Source: Nemertoderma westbladi (Eukaryota; Animalia; Xenacoelomorpha). Taken from it: a DNA stretch of 64,000 bases. Every line of letters begins with the position of its first letter. The first letter of the stretch is position 1. A program made the position numbers and the translations under genes. The notes beneath the pieces are model-generated. The model was not told the origin of the DNA and did no database searches. It saw nothing but the letters and a program-made list of their open reading frames with translations. The stretch covers positions 1-64,000 of the forward strand of contig JAUCBJ010000091.1 of the NCBI GenBank assembly GCA_032718475.1, given 5' to 3'. Of the stretch, positions 23,206 to 35,048 are shown piece by piece.

Positions 23206-24472
23206 TGTAAAAGCCTTTGCTGAATTGCCCCGTTATTTTTATTATCTTTTACATTAAAATACTCTGTAGTTGATTTAATAAGTGTAAGAGACCGTATTAT
23301 TGCTGTATCGGTGTTTTTAGAGGATCTAAGACCTATTTCCTCCGTATGTGTACTGTGAAAGGCATATTTTATGATTCTATGGCAATTCGTGATGCAAAAG
23401 GGTGATAGCTACTCTTGAACAGTAGTTACTATGACTACGGTTAACAGCTGACATTCATACGTGTTGATTTCCTTTGTTCTACGGCGTCTCTCAGTTCAGT
23501 CAGCCAATGAGAGCGTTTTTGTGGCTCCTTGTACAGAAAATTTCCGAGAAATGACGCAATGCCTATGTGCAGTGTTTACATTCAGTCTTGAGCCAAATAA
23601 AGAACGGCTTGGAAGTATTTTTTGTGCTGTACTGCTTTTTAGTCGTACACTAGTAGGTTTAATTATAAAGGGCATATATCCTTTAACTGTAAATATCTCA
23701 CTGCTGCAATTTAACATACCTAACGAATACTGCTGACTGATGATCATACATGCTGACTGCTGAAACATTGCAAACTCATAACAATCAGTGTTCAGTAGTT
23801 ATTTTATACTGCTATTTACCGTCAGTTCTTCATAATATGGTTGATGAATTATTATATTTGGAATAACGATAAACAACCCCGAAACCCAATGTTCTTGATA
23901 TACCGAAGGTAAGAGAGAAGGGTTACAGATAAACGATTGTGACTTATGTTAAAGTGGTTTGAAGTGAATCTAATGTTATTTGATAGACCCTACATGAGTC
24001 AGCCTGTGTTCCTTTTATATGTGACTAAAATCAGTGAAGACTGGCAGATTAGTGTGCAGTATTGTGCAGCATTGTGTATGAGTGAGTCTGTTAAAGAAGC
24101 ATTCCTAAAGAATGCGCCATATATGTGAATTATAATTAAGCCATATCGTTGTGAGTAGTTTAAGTCATAACTCTGTTTATATAGATAAAGCGCCATGTCC
24201 TAAAGGAACTGTTAATATTACCGAAGGTGAATAATATTGTCAGAGATTATATAGTACTGTCAGTCGAATAATACATTAGGCTTACATAGCAATAAAAATT
24301 AAACCGTCGAACCCAATCTCCCGGGAATATCCAGCGGGTGAATGGTCGCGCACGGATTGGTTTCGACTAGTGTAGTGAATCAAATACTTGTCATAGACTA
24401 AAAGCAGATTTAATATCTAGAAGACATCTTAATTTGGTGGGTTAAACTGCCAAAGGTCTGAAAGCGCGAACA
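23206..24472 (+). repeat. 5' LTR of B copy 2 (1267 bp)
   Basis: TGTAAAAGCC...GCGCGAACA; matches 4746-5994 and 34402-35048. Confidence 0.95.
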
Positions 24473-24484
24473 TTAAAGGATATA
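24473..24484 (+). promoter_or_regulatory. Non-tRNA primer-binding site complementary to LTR 23675-23686
   Basis: TTAAAGGATATA versus TATATCCTTTAA, 12/12 complementary. Confidence 0.85.
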
Positions 24485-26627
24485 GCTTCTTTATTGCAGT
24501 AAGCAATAAAGTCGAAAGTACCGGTCGACCGGTAACCAGTAGGCCTGACTGCCTGATCATCCGGACCGGTACCTACAGCAGTATTATTCGATTTTGATTG
24601 TTATATACCAGTAGGCCTTAATAATTAATCAGGGACGGCCGCCCTGATTTTTTATTGAGATTTTACTTATTTCTGTCAAGATTTATTTGTTTGTAGGCCA
24701 GTATTGAACAGAAGGCGTGTAAACCTGATCAGATTGTACAGACAATTTGTAGGCTGAGCTGTTGTCTGATTGCTGTTAAGTCCGAACGAATTGCAGTGTG
24801 TGTAGAGCACTTGTCCGATTAAGTACGGTTAGGAAGTAGGGGCAGCCACGCTGTAAGGTAAACCCCCGACTAAAGAATAAGTCGCACTACTGGGTTAGAG
24901 CGCATACTCCCTAATCATTTCGGAGTCTGCATATACCGTAGTTTATTTAGGCTTGAGAGTAGTCTGCCATCGTTTAGTCTGTACTTTGTTTGTGTAAGTC
25001 TGTACGGGTAGCGTATAATTTTATTTAAATAATTTGTAGGCTGGATAGTTGTCTGGCTGTTATTAAGTCTGAACGGATTGCCGCGTGTGTAGATCATCTG
25101 TCCGATTAAGTACGATTAGGCAGTAGGGGCAGCAACGCTGTAAGGTAAACCCCCAACTAAAGAATAAGTCGCACTACTGGGTTAGAGCGCATACTCCCTA
25201 ATCATTTCGGAGTCTGCATATACCGTAGTTTGTTTAGGCTTGATAGTAGTCTGTCAGTGTTCGGTCTGTATTTTGTTTGAGTAGTTTGTACGCGTAGCGT
25301 AATATTTATTATTCAGAGTTTATGCGATTATTCGCAACATTCAAGTCCCTAAGTTTGTTCCTACAGTAATTGTGTTTGTTATACATACCGTTATAGTTAA
25401 ATTAACCCCGGTACTACACGGGCTGCTCGGCGTAGGTAAAGACTGGTGATTTTGTGCATCGGTCACTCCAGCAGATGCCGTGGTTCTTTTAGCTGTTCAA
25501 GTATATTTAATTACTGATTATCTGTTATACAAGTACTCGTACCTAATTTAGGGTTTAGTGTATGGTACTTTCCGAAGTAATCATTGTAGGCATTATATTT
25601 GTGTTGTAAAGTGGTTGATAGGCACATTCGATTAGCTCTATTAACTTCTAGGTAGGAACACTCCGTGATACATAACGTAGAACCTATAGCGATACGGCTA
25701 TAGGTCGTCAGGAGGTGGTATTTTCCTATCTAGACAACGCAGTGTATTTACTACTACTTATTATTTCAAATACCGTAGTACCCTGTCCGCTGTAATAACC
25801 GGTTTTCTAACCCTTTGTTAGGCTGGTTTGTAGACTTCTTGTAAAATTACCCTAAAAATTCGTATTTGTGTTTTTGTAAGATTTTGTGTTTATTTAGAGA
25901 TTGTAATCTCAACCCAAATTGTACGTAATTTGTAGTATTAAGTAACTTAGGTAAATTAGTATTATTTGTTTTAGTGTCCTGTACGTAACACTTCACTGAA
26001 AGCGCACCGCTTTGTGTAGTGATTACCCCCAGAAATAATAACATTTATTTCAAACATTGACAAAACCCATTAAAACGGGTATATATATATTATAAATCAA
26101 ATCTAACGATTTATAAATCGTAGGCCTACCATACAACCATTAGGCCTCAATATCAGTTGGATTACTGCTCAAATAACGGTAATAAAGTAAGTAAAGTAAC
26201 CAAGTAACCCTAAAGTAACAGAAATTCAATTATTTGAAATAATTGATATACCGGTATTTACGATAGGCCTATTATCTTTATTTCTATAAATCTAGGCTGA
26301 AATTATACCGGTACTTGTAATTAATTCTATTTCAGAATTATATATCCTACAAACTGTAAGCTGTATACCGGTATTCAGATAGGCCTATTATATATTTATA
26401 TATATTTGTGCTAAAATTATACCGGTATTCTGTGATAAACCTAGTCTGTAATAATACTTATATAGTTATATATACTATAAGTATACCGGTATTCTAATAT
26501 ATTATATATATCACGCTATACTGAGTAGCAGTACCGGTAATTAATTACTAGACTAGCAGGTAATACTGAGTTACTAGACTTACTCAGACTGTAATACAGC
26601 AGTAGACATTCAACGGTATACATAGTC

Positions 26628-29600
26628 ATGTCTGATACTAAGCAGAACCTGTCAGACAGTTTATTAGATGTAACTATCTGCGACTCAGATAGAGACGTAC
26701 AAACGTCTGGTCGTAAATCCAGTTCACCTCCCACTGTGAGGAAGGTCATCCCTCCAGTAGTAATAACAGAACCTAGGCTAGTCCAACATCGTAGGTCTAT
26801 CATAGGCACTCGAGCTCAGGTCAAGCGGGACCAAAAGGCAGCGGAACAGCAACAACCCGCTAGTCAAGAACTTATTCCTCAGCGGCCCAGCAGCTCCAGT
26901 AGTGATGATACTGTAGAGCTGACACCCGAGAGCGGAGCAGAGATGACGGATGCGGTTTATACGGATCCCCTTCTCATCCTTCCTGCAGCCGTGCTTGCCG
27001 GGTTATTGATCGCGGTGGAAGAACACCAGATCGATTGGGCGAGGAGTCAACGGACAACTAGAGATAGCTACGCGGGCTACACTAGTGAAGAACTGAAGTC
27101 TATTGTCGAGTCGCAATGGAACTTCCCCGGACCCGGACTCCCGTTTGATTTATCCGAAGCGGCCTGGGAAGACATACACCGGATGGGAGTAGCCCAGGAA
27201 ACCATCGATCCAGCTGTGTGGAAGAGGTCCGCAGCCGGATACGCACAGGGATTCTTCAGCTCTATGGAGCGAATAGAAAAGCAACTTTTTCAACAACCTC
27301 AAGGACCTCAAGAGCAGGGATCGCTGCTTTATCAAGTTAGAGAAAGAGTTCTGCGGATTAGGCTAATCTTATCCGCCTTTGAGGAGGCTTCTAAACGAAA
27401 GCAAGACACGTCGTTGCAAGTTGCCATAAAGACTTGGTTTCAAAGGGTGAGTCACCAGGTTCAAGGAGCAGCTCAGTGGAAAGCTCAATTGGAGGAGCGC
27501 TCAACCCATGGAGAATCAACGGACGCTATTTCTTCCCAAGTGGAAAGTGAAGCGACGGCAGAGAAACCGCATAAGAAGGATGCCATTGATATCTATCTGT
27601 CAGACTATCAGCGTTTTGTGGGAGATGAAGAGTTGAGGAGAAGGCTAGAGGGACTTAGCCCTAATAGCGAAGGAGCCAAACTTGTGTTAGATGCGATTGA
27701 TGTGGATAGGTTAGCGGCGAACCAAGCTAAATTCGATGAACAACTCCGCATCGCTAGAGAAAGGGAAGAACAAGTAAGGAAAAAGCGTATAGAAGACAGA
27801 AAGATAGCAGCAGTGGCAGAGGCAGAAAGAAAAGCGGCAGCGGCAGAGGCAAAAGCGGCAGCGGCAGCGGCAAAAGCGGCAGCAGTGGCGGAAGCAGAAC
27901 GAACAGTGGCGGAAGCAGAACGAAAAGCGGCAGCGGAAGAGGCAAAAGCGGCAGCAGCAGAGGCAAAAGCGGCAGCAGTGGCGGAAGTAGAACGAAAAGC
28001 GGCTGAAGAGATCATCCAACTGGAGTTGGAAAATCTTCAAGAGAAACAAGACGACTTCAGTAAACAGTTAGCAGCTAGTAATATGCAGATGATGAGTCGA
28101 TCTACTCCCAAAAGACAAGGGTATACCTCATCTGAGGAAGGCGATACCACCGACACTGAAGGCGGAAGAAATCGATCTCGCCTAAGCAGACGTAAAAGAA
28201 CATTCCACCGGCAGAAATTGCCTGATTTGCCTCCAGCTGTTAGAAGGCAACTAAATAACACTAACTTAGGTAGTACAGAGCCCACAGACCAAATAATTAA
28301 AATAGAAAGACTCCCTACTATAGTAGATGAGCCTGAAATAATTAGGCCTGTTCTTGAAATCACCCCTTCGGTGATAGACACACCTGTGCTCCCTGAAGCT
28401 ACTTCTAAATTCCCTCTACATAGCACTAAGCTACCTGTGCCCAGTAGAACTGCCCAGGCGACAGTTCAGGTCCTGGACCCCGAGCGAAATATTCATAATT
28501 TGTCGCCCGTTGTCCCTCGTCCGCCCGCTACAACGTTGGCGACTCCCGCTTCGGCGGTCGAATGGGTGGACGAGGGACGGCGGGGGATGGATATCCTGCT
28601 CGGACAGTTGCAGGAGACTGTCCAGCAATTCAAGGGCACAGTAAGGGAAAGTAGACTAGAGTTGCAAGAAGTGCAGCAAAGTATCGCGCTAGAACGCGAT
28701 AAATTAGTAAATACCCAAAAGGGTATACCACCACCCTCTGTAACAATGTGTCAACCTGTTAGGTCTGAAGTATTGCATGCGCAAGGTGTGGAGCCTACAC
28801 GCATATATACTGCTAGCGAAGTAGAAACTCCTATAGTGAACCCTATTAAGGGTAATTATAGACCTGTTGATAATGACATTCCCTATAGACCTGATCATAA
28901 TCCGAGAAATTTATATACCGATGACTCGATATTAAATAACACGATGGCCCAAGAAAGTTTTACGCGTCAAATGGCTAGAACCGAAGCCCGGCAAGCGGTG
29001 AAGGTGGGAGAGATAGTCAAATTCAATGGAGATGAGATGAAATGGTTACCTTTTAATGAATATTACAAAGATAACATACAGAACTCTGTACTATCTAATG
29101 GAGAAAAACTTAGATACCTCATCGAGTGCTTGGAAGGATCTCCCAAGTTAATGGCGTTAAAGTTTATTGGACATCCAGACGGATTAAGACAAGTTTGGGA
29201 CACGCTAAACATCAGGTATGGTAATAGGACTAACATAGCTAGGTATTTATATGCGAAATTAATGGCGCCCCGAAAGTTTCTTAGCAGCGGGATTATAGAG
29301 TTTTCCGATGAGATTCAGGAGATCTGTAGACAACTAGATTGGTTAGGTAAGTCTCATGAATACCAGAATTCTATGGTTGTAGGAGCCTTAGCATCTACTT
29401 TGCCCAAGGGTGGAGTAGGTACACGCTGGGACAAGAAGGTGTTATATATGATGGAACAACAACGACGAGACCCTACCATAGCTGATCTCATGTCATTCTT
29501 AGATGGAGAAGTGAAATTACAGCTCCTAAGGCAGTCCAGAGAGAAGACACTGGAAAACAAGGTAAGTGAGAAACCCGTTTCTAGGAGAAGGGTAATACCA

Positions 29601-31592
29601 GTATGTTATACCGACGACGGTGAAAGCCAAACTTCTCAAGGAGAGGACAGCGGGAAAGACACTGACAGATCTTATGTCAATAAAATGCCTAAAGATCAGG
29701 TAAGTAAATCCAAGTCTCGACCCAATGACAGAAGGGAACCGGTACAAAAAACCCCTCCTACGTCTCCTAAAAGAATTCAGGTGAGAAAGCCCGAGGAAAG
29801 AACAAGTGTGCACCACATAGCACAGGTTAAAGTAAGTAACATCAAGCCCAAATGTGTGCTGTGCGACGGGCCCCACCGTTTAAATGCGTGTGATAAATTC
29901 CTGAGGAAATCACTCGAGGATAGACGTGAAGTCATGTGGGATAAGCGGTTGTGTTATAATTGCCTCAGACGAGGACACCAACGGCGAACCTGTAACTCCG
30001 ACGCAAGGTGTGCAAAGTGCGGCGCAAATCATCATATCTTGTTGCACACGGAATTCGAACGAAACAGCCCGAGTCAGGTAAGTGAGTCCGAACTACATGT
30101 CCAATTCAGTGATGTGAACGACACTGATCAATCTGAGATGGAAGGATTCTATACGGACGAGTTCTCCGACCAAAACGAATCCTGTTACCTAATAAACACC
30201 ACCGCAGTGTATCGAGCACTCGTACATGAGAAAGACACAGACAGCGACCTTACCTTAACTACTTCCGATCAACAACCATCTTGGAAAGCGCCAACTTTCA
30301 ATATAGGAATCCGAGAGTTTCCTGTGGTGCAGGTAAGGGTGCACGGACCTAAACGGAGTTATGTAGTGAACGCCCTCCTGGACTCCGGCAGCACAGGAAC
30401 ATTCATCGATAAAGAGCTAGCCGAAGATATATTTGCTGGACAACCCAAGTTCCAAACTAAGCTCAACATGTCAGGCATTATGCAAGTTTGGAAATCTACA
30501 ATAACAGCTGATTATTATGTAGGCGCGTTGTCCACCCCACAAGACGAACTAGGAGAACATAGCATAAGGTCAGTGAAAATGGTGGCTATAAAGAACTTCG
30601 CTACTACTCAAGCAGACCTTTATAATTGGGACGAGGATGAGAGCATCCAACATCTTAACATACCTCGATTCCAGACTGATTATCCTGGAGTGCAAATACT
30701 CATCGGCCAAAACGCGCATGAGGCGCTGGAGACATTAGAGAAACGGCCTGCTCAACCGCAGCCACTACAGACCTATGCGGTAAGAACTAGAGTAGGTTGG
30801 TACCTTACTGGACCTTCCGGTAGAACGCTCAGGGAAAGACTGCTTCAAGATCGCGTCTGCCAGATGAGTGAATGGGAAGATGATACTAGTGAGGGAGACG
30901 ACCCAACTGAGGGAACACCACACTCCTCAGATAATGACAATCTTAGCTCCAATGTAGATCAATGGAGATATTGCCCCAAGAAGTTTTATCCAACGGACAT
31001 CGCTTCCAGAGGAGCAACTCCTCAAGAACTGACAGATACTATAGACCGGTTAGGTGAACCCGACTTCCTGAGTAAGGAGAATGAATGGCCTCCCCATCTT
31101 ACTCCGACTGAGATTAGACCAGCCAAGGGAGCGGAGAAAGTCGAACCTGAAACCCGGACGGGTGGATCGGAGTTATTTGAACCCGGGATAGATCTGTCGG
31201 TATTACATGTTGCCAGGGACGACGCCGTGGATCTGGGCCTCCCCTCCGCGAGTGGATCCTGCATGAAGATCAGAGAGAGCGATTGGAGCTCTGGAACATC
31301 AGACGTCTCGCAGGGACTCTCACCTCTCCTGCAGAGAGCGACGGACCACTATAGCTCCTGGAATCGGCTTTGTGACGCCGTCATATACTTTGAGCGATGT
31401 TTCTATCGTCACTATTCCAGGACGAAGAGGAAACCTGGAATTGTATTCAGGATACAGCGACTCAATCACCCAGTCGGTCGTTTGTGTTTATCGGAAGGGA
31501 ATGGAGGACTCTCCGGAAACTGTGGAAGGCAAGATTCTCTTCCCACGACCACCTCCCTAATCCTTCAAACATCTAGGGACTCCATAACGTAA
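26628..31592 (+). CDS. Intact Gag-protease polyprotein (1654 aa) with RT, most of RNase H and the IN core deleted in frame
   Basis: Uninterrupted ORF. Junctions SSDND/NLSSNVDQWRYCP and HYSRTKR/KPGIVF join segments that flank RT-RH and IN in element A. Confidence 0.92.
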   Translation: MSDTKQNLSDSLLDVTICDSDRDVQTSGRKSSSPPTVRKVIPPVVITEPRLVQHRRSIIGTRAQVKRDQKAAEQQQPASQELIPQRPSSSSSDDTVELTPESGAEMTDAVYTDPLLILPAAVLAGLLIAVEEHQIDWARSQRTTRDSYAGYTSEELKSIVESQWNFPGPGLPFDLSEAAWEDIHRMGVAQETIDPAVWKRSAAGYAQGFFSSMERIEKQLFQQPQGPQEQGSLLYQVRERVLRIRLILSAFEEASKRKQDTSLQVAIKTWFQRVSHQVQGAAQWKAQLEERSTHGESTDAISSQVESEATAEKPHKKDAIDIYLSDYQRFVGDEELRRRLEGLSPNSEGAKLVLDAIDVDRLAANQAKFDEQLRIAREREEQVRKKRIEDRKIAAVAEAERKAAAAEAKAAAAAAKAAAVAEAERTVAEAERKAAAEEAKAAAAEAKAAAVAEVERKAAEEIIQLELENLQEKQDDFSKQLAASNMQMMSRSTPKRQGYTSSEEGDTTDTEGGRNRSRLSRRKRTFHRQKLPDLPPAVRRQLNNTNLGSTEPTDQIIKIERLPTIVDEPEIIRPVLEITPSVIDTPVLPEATSKFPLHSTKLPVPSRTAQATVQVLDPERNIHNLSPVVPRPPATTLATPASAVEWVDEGRRGMDILLGQLQETVQQFKGTVRESRLELQEVQQSIALERDKLVNTQKGIPPPSVTMCQPVRSEVLHAQGVEPTRIYTASEVETPIVNPIKGNYRPVDNDIPYRPDHNPRNLYTDDSILNNTMAQESFTRQMARTEARQAVKVGEIVKFNGDEMKWLPFNEYYKDNIQNSVLSNGEKLRYLIECLEGSPKLMALKFIGHPDGLRQVWDTLNIRYGNRTNIARYLYAKLMAPRKFLSSGIIEFSDEIQEICRQLDWLGKSHEYQNSMVVGALASTLPKGGVGTRWDKKVLYMMEQQRRDPTIADLMSFLDGEVKLQLLRQSREKTLENKVSEKPVSRRRVIPVCYTDDGESQTSQGEDSGKDTDRSYVNKMPKDQVSKSKSRPNDRREPVQKTPPTSPKRIQVRKPEERTSVHHIAQVKVSNIKPKCVLCDGPHRLNACDKFLRKSLEDRREVMWDKRLCYNCLRRGHQRRTCNSDARCAKCGANHHILLHTEFERNSPSQVSESELHVQFSDVNDTDQSEMEGFYTDEFSDQNESCYLINTTAVYRALVHEKDTDSDLTLTTSDQQPSWKAPTFNIGIREFPVVQVRVHGPKRSYVVNALLDSGSTGTFIDKELAEDIFAGQPKFQTKLNMSGIMQVWKSTITADYYVGALSTPQDELGEHSIRSVKMVAIKNFATTQADLYNWDEDESIQHLNIPRFQTDYPGVQILIGQNAHEALETLEKRPAQPQPLQTYAVRTRVGWYLTGPSGRTLRERLLQDRVCQMSEWEDDTSEGDDPTEGTPHSSDNDNLSSNVDQWRYCPKKFYPTDIASRGATPQELTDTIDRLGEPDFLSKENEWPPHLTPTEIRPAKGAEKVEPETRTGGSELFEPGIDLSVLHVARDDAVDLGLPSASGSCMKIRESDWSSGTSDVSQGLSPLLQRATDHYSSWNRLCDAVIYFERCFYRHYSRTKRKPGIVFRIQRLNHPVGRLCLSEGNGGLSGNCGRQDSLPTTTSLILQTSRDSIT

Positions 31593-33245
31593 CAACATAT
31601 GGAGTGGGTGTGTGACTCTATTATTTTATATTATTATTATTATTTTTATATTTATGTACGTATTACTATGTAATTTTATTATAATCGTTTTATTTAATTT
31701 AGTAGAATATTATTTAGCGATTATTTTGTAGAATAGTGCGATATATTCGTGTTTATTACGTACGTCATTACTTATATTATATTTAGTGCGACGGCGAAGA
31801 GATAATTACTTTTCTCTTTCCTTACTGTCCGTATTATACTATAAATACGTAACAACAGTAAGATGAAATGTCTGTACTTATTAAAGTACAATAAAGCCAC
31901 TACTATATTTAAGTATTATTGGTAGGCAGAGTATTAGGAATGCAAAGTTCAGATCCTCGTGTCTCGGCTAAACCAAGCTCTGGGTAGACCTTGGAAACGA
32001 CTTGCCTCTTCACACTGACATTGCTTCGTGCGATATTGCTCTCATACCGTATATTAAATAATACATATAGTAGCGTGATGTCCCTTTAACAGTAGCGTAT
32101 AACGCAAAATAAATCTGTTAAACCCTTTGACCATCTGTAATTCTAGTCGATTAAGATATCGCGGCACCCACCGATATACTTGAAAGACAAATTCTAGAAT
32201 CAGTGGTTAACGTCCCCAGACAAGTTCTGGAATAAATCGGTGCCCATCTCAAATATTAATTAATTAATATTTGCAAAATCTAATAAATCAAAATCTGTAA
32301 AATTCAGATCCTTCAATAATTCTAGTCAATTAAGATATCGTAGTATTTACCGATATTCTTAAAAAGACAATTGTCATAGAACTAAGGATCTTGTGTCCCC
32401 AGACATGTTCTGGAATCAAAATATGTCCATTTAATTATCAAATAATAAAATTTCAGGGAATCAATTTAAATTCATGCCTTTTAATGAATTTAATAAATTG
32501 CCATTTTTACGCAATTTATAAAGTTCCCAAAATTCCATTAATTAATAGATCAAGGGAGCGGAGATTTATCTTAGCATGCGTATGAGTGTGTGAAAGTCTC
32601 CCAAACATAGTCAATAGCCGATAAAATTCATAAAGTCATGTATAAAACAGAACATTGACTATTAAAGAATTACTATTAAATAACATCCCAGATCTGTATG
32701 CATTGGAATTACTCTAATTCTACCGCTAGCTTTGCATAATGTCACCATAGCAACAACCACGCTAGAATTAGAATTGAGTTAAACTAACAATAGAAAGCTT
32801 GTCCCATTGAATAACATAGGGAATAAATAGTGCACTGATAGTATCCAAGGATACATAATAATACAGTGACATTCTGGAAGGCATTGACTAACGGACAAGT
32901 GACCCGAGTGTGTGTAATTTGTGACAAGTTGTGTGTGTGGTATTTGTGAGTTTATAGGTGAATGTTACTGCTAAGGTGTGTTTACAGTAGCTAGTCGCAA
33001 TCGTAAAAGTAACCTAACTCTCCAAGGAAACCTGAAGTACATCTAAGCCTTTGGGACGGACAGTTGAGTGACTTGTGCCGGTTGTCGTTGTCGTTGTGCG
33101 GCTACGTCGTTGGCGAAAGTACAGCGGCTACGACACATCGGCGCTGAGGATCTCGTACTGTCCGGGGTTGATTGGGGTAGGCAGTGACGCCCGCTCGCCT
33201 AAATATAAACTCATTATAATATGGATAAACTCATATATAGCAGAT

Positions 33246-34323
33246 ATGACGGAGTTGATAGAAGATGGTCTTGTCATCCTATCGATTTACACAATACGGA
33301 CTATGTCGACTATATATCCTGCCCAGCGGAGTCGGAACCATAAACGGAAATTCGAATGCGAAAATTCTATTCGAAATCGACTCGAAAGAAAAGACACTTA
33401 AGAAACAAATGGACGCGGTAACTCCAACGTATATTTGGAATTCTTGATAGAAGCATTGTAACAACAAATAAATATCACCCGCGTTTACCCTACCAGACGT
33501 GCGTCTTTGGTATTATTACGATAAATGCCCTAGACCCAACTAATAAACGGAAAGACATAAACATCCACGTAAACCGAAACTTGTTGACGTATCACCTATG
33601 CTTACTCGACTCGAACGATCCTGGAGTAAACCTACGATCAGAGTCCCGGAATACTCGGTCAAACCTCCTCATTCCTTAGTTGGACCTCAGACCTGCGATC
33701 TTGATGGTGTCGCGGATCCTCGCGGACTGTATTCACTGTTCAAAGATCTAGTGCTACCCTAACAATTAATCGGTAACACTCCGACAGTGATTTCTAGCTA
33801 ACCGCCCATCTTACCTAGCCGGATTGTGACGCGGACACCTAATATCACTATCCAACCGTATGGTCGTCCACGTTTAACGCGATACAACCCCTCATCAAGG
33901 GGAAGGAGAGCGTTGTACGAAACGAGTTAAACGCTATTTTATAAAGATCAAAAAGGAAACCTGCGTTTGTTCAGATAAACGTAAGTTATAACAGTGAGTC
34001 CAATCGATACACGAATTGGCCTTATCTCAATTCGATTGGGAAATCCAGAATCTCTGAGAAGTTATCGAACTTGGACGATCCTATTCTCTGCGAGAGTTTT
34101 TGGATGAACGTATCCAGCTACGAGCGGAGGAAAATCAGCTCGAGGAGAAGCATATCGAAACGGCAGATACCTCGACCACAATCCTACACCTTCTGATGCA
34201 ATCATATTGCACCCTTCACCCAGGAGTTATGGCCCTCCTAGTAAAGTGGCTCCCCCCAAAGAGAAAAAGACTCTTGCTAGCCTCAAAAAACTGCGTAAAC
34301 GCCGTCTGCGTAAGAAAGACTAA
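33246..34323 (+). pseudogene. Relic of accessory exonuclease ORF in B copy 2
   Basis: Near-identical to 3587-4667; deleted and frameshifted relative to 38649..42907. Confidence 0.85.
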
Positions 34324-34401
34324 CTGTTTAGAGTATCTTTATGTTTTAGAAACTGTGATTTTTATATTTTATAGACTGAAAATCCCATTTTCTGGGAGCG
34401 G

Positions 34402-35048
34402 TGTAAAAGCCTTTGCTGAATTGCCCCGTTATTTTTATTATCTTTTACATTAAAATACTCTGTAGTTGATTTAATAAGTGTAAGAGACCGTATTATTGCT
34501 GTATCGGTGTTTTTAGAGGATCTAAGACCTATTTCCTCCGTATGTGTACTGTGAAAGGCATATTTTATGATTCTATGGCAATTCGTGATGCAAAAGGGTG
34601 ATAGCTACTCTTGAACAGTAGTTACTATGACTACGGTTAACAGCTGACATTCATACGTGTTGATTTCCTTTGTTCTACGGCGTCTCTCAGTTCAGTCAGC
34701 CAATGAGAGCGTTTTTGTGGCTCCTTGTACAGAAAATTTCCGAGAAATGACGCAATGCCTATGTGCAGTGTTTACATTCAGTCTTGAGCCAAAGAAAGAA
34801 CGGCTTGGAAGTATTTTTTGTGCTGTACTGCTTTTTAGTCGTACACTAGTAGGTTTAATTATAAAGGGCATATATCCTTTAACTGTAAATATCTCACTGC
34901 TGCAATTTAACATACCTAACGACTACTGCTGACTGATGATCATACATGCTGACTGCTGAAACATTGCAAACTCATAACAATCAGTGTTCAGTAGTTATTT
35001 TATACTGCTATTTACCGTCAGTTCTTCATAATATGGTTGATGAATTAT
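34402..35048 (+). repeat. Truncated 3' LTR of B copy 2
   Basis: Matches the first 647 bp of 23206-24472, then switches to A pol sequence. Confidence 0.93.

Larger units (their letters stand above)
23206..35048 (+). mobile_element. Nested non-autonomous BEL/Pao element, subfamily B, copy 2 (3' LTR truncated)
   Basis: 5' LTR 23206-24472 starts within the A integrase zinc finger after CTGGT; 3' LTR 34402-35048 is incomplete. Confidence 0.95.

Noticed and set aside
23730-23770. Hammerhead ribozyme core (CTGATGA...GAAAC) in the B LTR
   Set aside because: Stem II does not form properly, and the motif is absent from the A LTR and from the other B LTR (5221-5290).
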